In this document: positions 58,563 to 64,000 of the stretch, piece by piece
Layout of the letters: every line of letters begins with the position of its first letter
How positions within the stretch are numbered: position 1 is the first letter of the stretch
DNA from: Myxococcota bacterium
GTDB taxonomy: Bacteria > Myxococcota > Kuafuiibacteriia > Kuafuiibacteriales > Kuafuiibacteriaceae
Length of the DNA stretch: 64,000 nt
Assembly (NCBI GenBank): GCA_965223435.1
Contig: CBDCWQ010000023.1
Location: 930,607 to 994,606 of the forward strand
Reading direction: 5' to 3'
Notes under the pieces: model-generated
Seen by the model: the letters and a program-made list of their open reading frames with translations, nothing else
What the model was told of the DNA's origin: nothing
Database searches by the model: none
Position numbers and translations under genes: made by a program

Positions 58563-59840
58563 CTATTTCGGCTTCCTTCGGCTAACGGGTCGTTTCGATT
58601 TCTTGACGGCGCGCTTGCGTTTGGAGTTGGCCGGGCTCGGCGAGGGTTCGAACGACGGGGGTGTGAGCGCTTTCTTTCTTTCGACCCTCTCTCTAGTTCG
58701 TTCCAGTTCGGTGACCAACACAGCCTCATCGGGAAGCGTAGTCTTGTATTCCGTCGCGAGGACCTTGTTGGGAAGTCCTTCAAGGGCGTAGCGCGCTACC
58801 GCTGCGTTCTTCTTGGCGCATAGAATGAGACCGACGGGAGGATTTTCGTCTGGCAATGTCCAGTGCTCCCGCGCGTAGTTCAAGTACAAGTGCATCTGTC
58901 CCGCGTCCGCATGAGTGAGCTTTCCTAGCTTTAAGTCGATAATGATCACGCAGCGGAGCCGTCGGTGGTAAAAAAGAAGGTCCACACGAAACCACTGGTC
59001 GCCGATCCGTAGACGTTTCTGGCGGCCGATGAAAGCGAACTCGCCCCCAAGTTCGAGCAGGAAGCTTTCGAGGTGGAGGATGAGCGCCTCTTCGAGATCC
59101 GTTTCGGAGTACTCGTCCTTGAGGTCAAGGAACTCCAATAGTAGGGGATCCTTCACCTGCTCTTCGGGTGCCATGTGGTCTTCGGGCTTGCGTTTCTGAC
59201 CCTTGGTGAGCATGGCGGCTTTGTTCTTCGATAACAAGGTACGCTCGTAAAACTGAGAATTGATTTGGCGGTCGAGCTGTCGGATCGTCCAACCACCCCG
59301 CAACGCCTCCGCCTGATAAAAATCGCGTGCCTTCGGGTTGTCGACGGCCAGAAGACGGACGTAGGCCGACCAGGGCAGCGGAAAAAGAGCCAATAATAAT
59401 CCCGCCGATCCCGGAGATTGTGCAGACAGTGTCTGCACTTTTCGTTTGTGTCGACCGGCCACGGATTGTGCAGGCGGCGTCTGCACTATTTCCTGGTAGG
59501 CCAAGTAGAAGGCTCGCATCTGGAACAGGTTGCGCCGACCGAAGCCTCGACCAAAGCGTTCCACCAGGTCCGTCGATAGACGCTCAACCAGCGCCTGCCC
59601 GTAGGCCGCCCGCGATTTCCCACCTTGTTCATACTCAACAATGCGCCGGCCGACTTGCCAGTAGGCAGCGGTCATCACGGCGTTGACCGATCGTGCTGCG
59701 GCCTGGCGGGCCTCGTTGAGGAGTGATACGACTTCAGAAAGCACCTTATCGTACCCAGGGGGGTGACGTACCTTTGCGGTCTTTTTCTTGCGCGCTACTT
59801 TTTTGCGTGGTGGATCCTTTCTCTTCGTGGAGCGTTTCAT
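58563..59840 (-). CDS. YhcG-like DUF1016 protein (PDDEXK nuclease C-terminus), intact copy.
   Basis: 'AYWQVGRRIVEYEQ' N-terminal domain. 'IIIDLKLGKLTHADAGQMHLYLNYAREHW' nuclease core. Confidence 0.75.
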   Translation of the reverse strand: MKRSTKRKDPPRKKVARKKKTAKVRHPPGYDKVLSEVVSLLNEARQAAARSVNAVMTAAYWQVGRRIVEYEQGGKSRAAYGQALVERLSTDLVERFGRGFGRRNLFQMRAFYLAYQEIVQTPPAQSVAGRHKRKVQTLSAQSPGSAGLLLALFPLPWSAYVRLLAVDNPKARDFYQAEALRGGWTIRQLDRQINSQFYERTLLSKNKAAMLTKGQKRKPEDHMAPEEQVKDPLLLEFLDLKDEYSETDLEEALILHLESFLLELGGEFAFIGRQKRLRIGDQWFRVDLLFYHRRLRCVIIIDLKLGKLTHADAGQMHLYLNYAREHWTLPDENPPVGLILCAKKNAAVARYALEGLPNKVLATEYKTTLPDEAVLVTELERTRERVERKKALTPPSFEPSPSPANSKRKRAVKKSKRPVSRRKPK

Positions 59841-60297
59841 TAGACGGCCAGCTTCCCGAGAAAGCTCGTTATCATGTCTACCTCCCTTAAGCTTCTCTTT
59901 CTGTGCGGCATATGCGCAATCTCACCGCTCCGCTATACGCCGGGGGGCTTCCGGCCAAGAGAGTGCCATCGCTGGCGTTGTTTGCGGCAATGGCCAACGA
60001 CAACCAGCAAGTCGTACAAGATTTCTCGGACTCACCCTCACAGTTTATCGATCTATCACCTGGACATCCTGCGGATCCCTGGGTCTGGTACGTGTTAGCG
60101 AGCAGGCTTGATGAGGGCCCCGCGGCCCATTTCGATCCAGTAGTTTGAGGGTCAGGCCCTCCGGGCCCATCAGAGATGGGTTTTCTTGCAGATCCAGCTA
60201 TCTGAGGTAGTCCACACCGCCGAGGAGGGGAGCCGCCTGAGAGAAAAGGGCGACGAGGAGCCGAGATTTCGCCGTCCGGCTCCTCGTCTGTGCTCCG

Positions 60298-60714
60298 GTG
60301 GTTTTGCCGAAACGAAGCACGTCGAGAATCGTCCGAGTCTGTCTGAATATCAAGTATTGGATCGAAGGTCCGCCGAGGGTCGAGGAGGTCCGTCCCTCGC
60401 ATTGTCCGGGATGCCAAAGGCCCGGGGCGCCGCTGGGGGAAAATCTCCGGCTCGTCGGGCATGGCATTCGGTGCCGAGAGCTCCGAGGTGTGCTTTGCGC
60501 CGATGAGCCGCCCGTCCTTCGTCTTCTCTTTGTGCGTCGGTTTCTGTGCCGGGACTGTGGCGCGGTGTGCACGGTCGTGCCGCAGGAGGTCGCACCCGGT
60601 CGGCTCTATTCCATCGCTACGATCGCGCTCGCCCTGGTGCTGTTCGGCGTCCAGGGCGTCCCGGCGGAAGAAATTTTCTCCCGTCTAAGCCCCATCGCAA
60701 GGCAGGGGGTTTGA
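60298..60714 (+). CDS. Zn-ribbon protein (zf-ISL3-like CxxC...HG...RRFxCxxCG), first gene of the transposition module. GTG start.
   Basis: 'HCPGCQRPG...VGHGIRCREL...RRFLCRDCGAVCTV'. Conserved in the decayed copy. Confidence 0.5.
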   Translation: MVLPKRSTSRIVRVCLNIKYWIEGPPRVEEVRPSHCPGCQRPGAPLGENLRLVGHGIRCRELRGVLCADEPPVLRLLFVRRFLCRDCGAVCTVVPQEVAPGRLYSIATIALALVLFGVQGVPAEEIFSRLSPIARQGV

Positions 60715-61032
60715 TCACCGAAGATGGCGCGTTCTGGACCGCTGGGTCCGCTCGATTCGCCAGGCAAAGCTTTTCTCTAAGATGACCTTGGCCTTCTCGG
60801 AAGCCCCCCCCTCCGTCCGTGCCGCCGCCGCGGGCTTTGCCCAAAAACTCGGTGCGCTCTCGAGACGGATCCGAGGCCCCCTGGAAGAGACGGTTGTCGA
60901 CGGCGCGATGATGGCCATCTGAGCCTGAGCAAGGAGGACGACAAGCCCACCTACGAGGTCCACTCCCGCCCCCCAGCCATTCAAGGCATGACCGTCCGTG
61001 CAGTGACTGCGCTGCAGAAAGGATGAAACGCA

Positions 61033-62367
61033 ATGGATGACCTTTTACCCAAAGACCACCGGGAGGCGGTGGCCCACTTCCGGGCGGGTCTGATCGGCCC
61101 GCTCGTTCACCGTGATTTGACTCGGGGGGAGCTTCGCGCGGAGCTCCGCGCACTCAGTCAGAAGCGGTTTCGACCACCGGGGGCCAAGGCCACGCGACGA
61201 TACGGTGTAAGCACCTTGGAGCGCTGGGTGTATGCCTACAAGCGGGACGGATTCTGTGCACTTATGCCCGCCCCGCGTCAGGACCGGGGTCGAGGTCGTG
61301 ACCTCAGCGATGAGCTCAAGACCTTGCTCCTAGATATCCGGCGGACCCACCGTTCGGCCTCGGCCCCATTGATCGTGAAGACCCTCGAGGAAATCGGCGT
61401 CCTCGAGCGAGGGCAGGTGACGTCTACCACGGTACGGCGTCTCTTTTGCGAGCACAACCTGCCTCGCCTCTCGAAAAAGAAGCCGGTCCCGAAGAGCCAT
61501 CGTCTGCGGTGGCAGGCGGAGCACCCGAATGGGCTCTGGCAGGGGGACGTTTGTCACCTCGCTCCGATCGAGGTCGGGGGCCAGCGTCTTCCGGTCCGGG
61601 TGCATGCGCTGATCGACGATTGCTCTCGGTACATCGTCGCGATCGAAGCGCACCACCAGGAGCGGGAGGTCGACATGCTGGGGTTGCTGGTGCGGGCCCT
61701 CCGCCGACACGGCGCTCCGGACGCACTCTATCTCGACAACGGGAGCACCTACCGGGGGGAGACCCTCGAGGTGGCGTGTCGAAGGCTAGAGGTTTCTCTT
61801 TTCCATCCCCCGCCTCGCTCGCCGGAGTCCCGCGGAAAAATCGAACGCTTCTTCCGCTCCCTACGCGAGGGCTGTACGGACTTTCTTGGGCCCATCGCCT
61901 CGCTTCATGACATCAATGTGAGGCTCTTTGCCTTTGTGGATGAGCACTATCACCAACGGCCGCACGCGGGTCTCTTTGGCCGCACACCGGCCAGCGTCTT
62001 TCGGGCCGCAAAGACGCGCGCCCTCTCGGAGGAAAGGTTGCGGGAAGCGCTCACTGTACGCGTCAGAAGACGCGTACGTCGGGACAGCACCCTATCCATC
62101 GAGGGCAAGGAATTCCAAGTGGACCAGCATTTCCTCGCGGGAAAAGTCGTCCACGTCGCCTACGCCATGGTCGATGACCCCATCCAGCCTTGGGTTGAGC
62201 ACCAAGACCGCACCTTTGCACTCGAAGCCATCGACCCGGTCAAAAATGGAAAACGAAGAAGGGCCCGCATCGAGGAGACGGCAAACAAAAAGGAGCTCTC
62301 CTTCGATCCGAACGGCGCCTTGCTTAACCGAGCCCGACGAAACATCCGAAAGGAGACCCGCGAATGA
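61033..62367 (+). CDS. Mu/TniA/TnsB-type DDE (rve) transposase.
   Basis: N-terminal HTH, 'LWQGDVCHLAP...ALIDDCSRYIVA...LYLDNGSTYRGE...ESRGKIERFF' DDE core, Mu-transposase-like C-terminus. Confidence 0.8.
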   Translation: MDDLLPKDHREAVAHFRAGLIGPLVHRDLTRGELRAELRALSQKRFRPPGAKATRRYGVSTLERWVYAYKRDGFCALMPAPRQDRGRGRDLSDELKTLLLDIRRTHRSASAPLIVKTLEEIGVLERGQVTSTTVRRLFCEHNLPRLSKKKPVPKSHRLRWQAEHPNGLWQGDVCHLAPIEVGGQRLPVRVHALIDDCSRYIVAIEAHHQEREVDMLGLLVRALRRHGAPDALYLDNGSTYRGETLEVACRRLEVSLFHPPPRSPESRGKIERFFRSLREGCTDFLGPIASLHDINVRLFAFVDEHYHQRPHAGLFGRTPASVFRAAKTRALSEERLREALTVRVRRRVRRDSTLSIEGKEFQVDQHFLAGKVVHVAYAMVDDPIQPWVEHQDRTFALEAIDPVKNGKRRRARIEETANKKELSFDPNGALLNRARRNIRKETRE

Positions 62368-63170
62368 GACCCACCGAGCTTCGCCACTTTGGCTTCAAAA
62401 CCACTCCTTTTTCCAAGGAGATTTCCGATCAAAACCTCTGGCTGCCTCCGTCCAAGGCCGTCCTTGTGGACGACCTCTGTCAGGCCCTTACGGCCAAAGA
62501 ATCCGTCCTCCTCGTCGGAGACCCCGGCGTCGGAAAAACCTGCGTCCTCAGGGCCCTCCGGCATTGGTTGGGGCAGGGAGGATTTCGGCTCACCTACTGC
62601 TCCAACGTGACGCTCGGCCGGCGGGATTTCTATCGCCAGCTGTGTCATGCGCTGGGGCTTTTGCCCAAAGCATCCGCCGCGGCCGTCTTTGCCGCGGTGG
62701 CCAGTAACGTCGAGGAACTCACCAAGGAGAAAGTGTATCCGGTATTCTTACTTGATGAGGCGCACTTGATGCATCAGGACGTCTTGGACCATCTCCACAT
62801 TCTGATGAATTTCGACTGGGACAGTCGAGCGCTCCTTTCTCTCCTGCTTGTGGGGCTGCCCGAGCTGGACGACCGACTCCGACTGAGAAGGAATCGTTCG
62901 CTCTATAGCCGTCTCAGGCATCGCTTCTTCATCGAGGCCCTCACACCGGAAGATACCACCACCTATTTGCAAAAGCGTTTGGCCGTCGCGGGCGTCACGC
63001 GAGAGGTCTTCACCTCCGATGCGATCGCCATGATTCATGAGGCGGCGCTCGGAAGCCTGCGTGACATCGATCGCATCGCGGCCCGGGCGATCAAGGTCGC
63101 CGCGCAGAAGAAAAGTAAGCTGGTGGAGCGCCATCATCTGATCGACCTCCACGAGGAGGAGACATCATGA
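62364..63170 (+). CDS. TniB/ExeA-like AAA+ ATPase transposition partner, 4-bp overlap with the transposase.
   Basis: 'VLLVGDPGVGKTCVL' Walker A. 'VFLLDEAHLM' Walker B. Confidence 0.8.
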   Translation: MRPTELRHFGFKTTPFSKEISDQNLWLPPSKAVLVDDLCQALTAKESVLLVGDPGVGKTCVLRALRHWLGQGGFRLTYCSNVTLGRRDFYRQLCHALGLLPKASAAAVFAAVASNVEELTKEKVYPVFLLDEAHLMHQDVLDHLHILMNFDWDSRALLSLLLVGLPELDDRLRLRRNRSLYSRLRHRFFIEALTPEDTTTYLQKRLAVAGVTREVFTSDAIAMIHEAALGSLRDIDRIAARAIKVAAQKKSKLVERHHLIDLHEEETS

Positions 63171-63370
63171 CACCACCGAAAAAGAACGCGCTGAGCATTC
63201 CTCTGCCACCGTTTACCCCGGACGAAGCCCTCCGCCTCGTCCATTTCCTCGAGAACGCGGTCGCGGCCATCTGGAAGGCGCATGGACCGAAGATGTCCGA
63301 GCTTCTCCTTGATCGCTTCTGCGAACGCCAGGCAGACAATTCAGACCAAGAGCAGGCATACGAACGCTAA
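63167..63370 (+). CDS. Small hypothetical protein (67 aa), ATGA-coupled to the ATPase gene.
   Basis: Overlapping start and stop. No domain recognised. Confidence 0.4.
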   Translation: MTPPKKNALSIPLPPFTPDEALRLVHFLENAVAAIWKAHGPKMSELLLDRFCERQADNSDQEQAYER

Positions 63371-63454
63371 GTCCATCATCCACCGGTTTCCCCTAGGCGC
63401 CTCCGTGATGGGCATCGGAAAGCTGGATCGCTGCCCCATCATATAGACGGAGCG

Positions 63455-63796
63455 GTAACAGTCGATGACGACGAACCGACGCGAATCGCAGCGACTCAAT
63501 TTCTCGAAGACGAAGGCTATCGGGTGTCGGTCGCGCAGAACGGTGAGGAGGGCCTTGCCAAATTTCAGGCGAGCACTCCGCACCTGGTTATTACGGACAT
63601 CCAGATGCCCCGCATGAACGGCTGTGATCTGCTTGAAAATATACGACAAACTTCGCCTTCGATGCCCGTTATTCTCATCACGGCCCACGCCACAATCGAC
63701 GCTCGGCGAGAGGCGGAAAGGCTTCAGGCGAACGGCTTTGTGAACAAGCCGATCGACCTCGATGATCTTTTAGAAACGGTCCAACGTTTGCTCTGA
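63455..63796 (+). CDS. CheY-like receiver-domain protein. No canonical start codon precedes 'VTVDDDEP'; the 5' end may be disrupted by the adjacent transposon.
   Basis: 'VTVDDDEPTRIAATQFLEDEGYRVSVAQNGEEGLAKF...HLVITDIQMPRMNG...ILITAH'. The open frame extends back to 63371 without an ATG, GTG or TTG start. Confidence 0.7.
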   Translation, partial: VTVDDDEPTRIAATQFLEDEGYRVSVAQNGEEGLAKFQASTPHLVITDIQMPRMNGCDLLENIRQTSPSMPVILITAHATIDARREAERLQANGFVNKPIDLDDLLETVQRLL

Positions 63797-63861
63797 GGTT
63801 CATCTCCACCGGCCCAAGCCTTGATCTCGGCCATACAGTCGTGGTGCTACCAGAGTCTGCT

Positions 63862-64000
63862 ATGTCGAATTCAAGCCCTGATGCCGCCAAAGTAGAGCTC
63901 CTCGGTCGCATTGCTCCTGATGTCGCGCATGACTTCGGCAATATTCTCATGGGGGCCAAAAGCTGTGTAAGCATGGCACTCAAGGACCTTCCGGAGGACA
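63862..64000 (+). CDS. Histidine kinase, 5' portion only. The window ends inside the gene.
   Basis: 'GRIAPDVAHDFGNILMGAK' H-box close to the N-terminus. Downstream of the REC gene. Confidence 0.5.
   Translation, partial: MSNSSPDAAKVELLGRIAPDVAHDFGNILMGAKSCVSMALKDLPED

Noticed and set aside
1-64000. CRISPR arrays, rRNA and tRNA genes
   Set aside because: No direct-repeat/spacer arrays or structured RNA gene signatures were seen on reading the non-coding stretches. Short repeats found are IS inverted repeats or IS fragments.

Overview
High-GC bacterial chromosomal segment (likely a proteobacterial or delta/myxo-like lineage; the lineage is a guess) with three themes. (1) A dense stress and ion-homeostasis island: CusBA metal efflux, TrkAH and two Na+/H+ antiporters, three Hsp20 genes, two DegP/HtrA proteases, USPs, a bacterioferritin-like gene, YflT/YqaE/DUF1328/PRC-barrel/BON/OmpA/MscS/cardiolipin-synthase genes and two pirins. 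At least eight of these units are preceded by sequence matches to the sigma-54 promoter consensus (TGGCAC-N5-TTGC). A sigma-54 activator (NtrC-family response regulator) and a GAF histidine kinase sit in the middle of the island. (2) A sigma-54-driven, translationally coupled four-gene operon (small protein, BON-domain protein, eRF1/Pelota-like baeRF-type protein, Pro-rich protein) lies directly beside that activator pair. It is the best candidate for an undescribed system. (3) Heavy mobile-element traffic and gene decay: a complete IS66; an IS91-family transposase with a tyrosine integrase; two paralogous copies of a Zn-ribbon/Mu-type DDE transposase/AAA+ ATPase transposition module, one intact and one frameshifted and hit by IS66; a serine-recombinase/YhcG/IS66 debris field with a Cro-like gene in an AT-rich segment; IS5-like and IS481-like fragments; and several pseudogenes (USP, second pirin, NmrA, DOPA-dioxygenase, LysR, duplicated CarbopepD_reg gene). 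No rRNA, tRNA or CRISPR array was recognised. All calls come from reading the ORF translations and DNA by eye. Family assignments are from remembered motifs, not searches.
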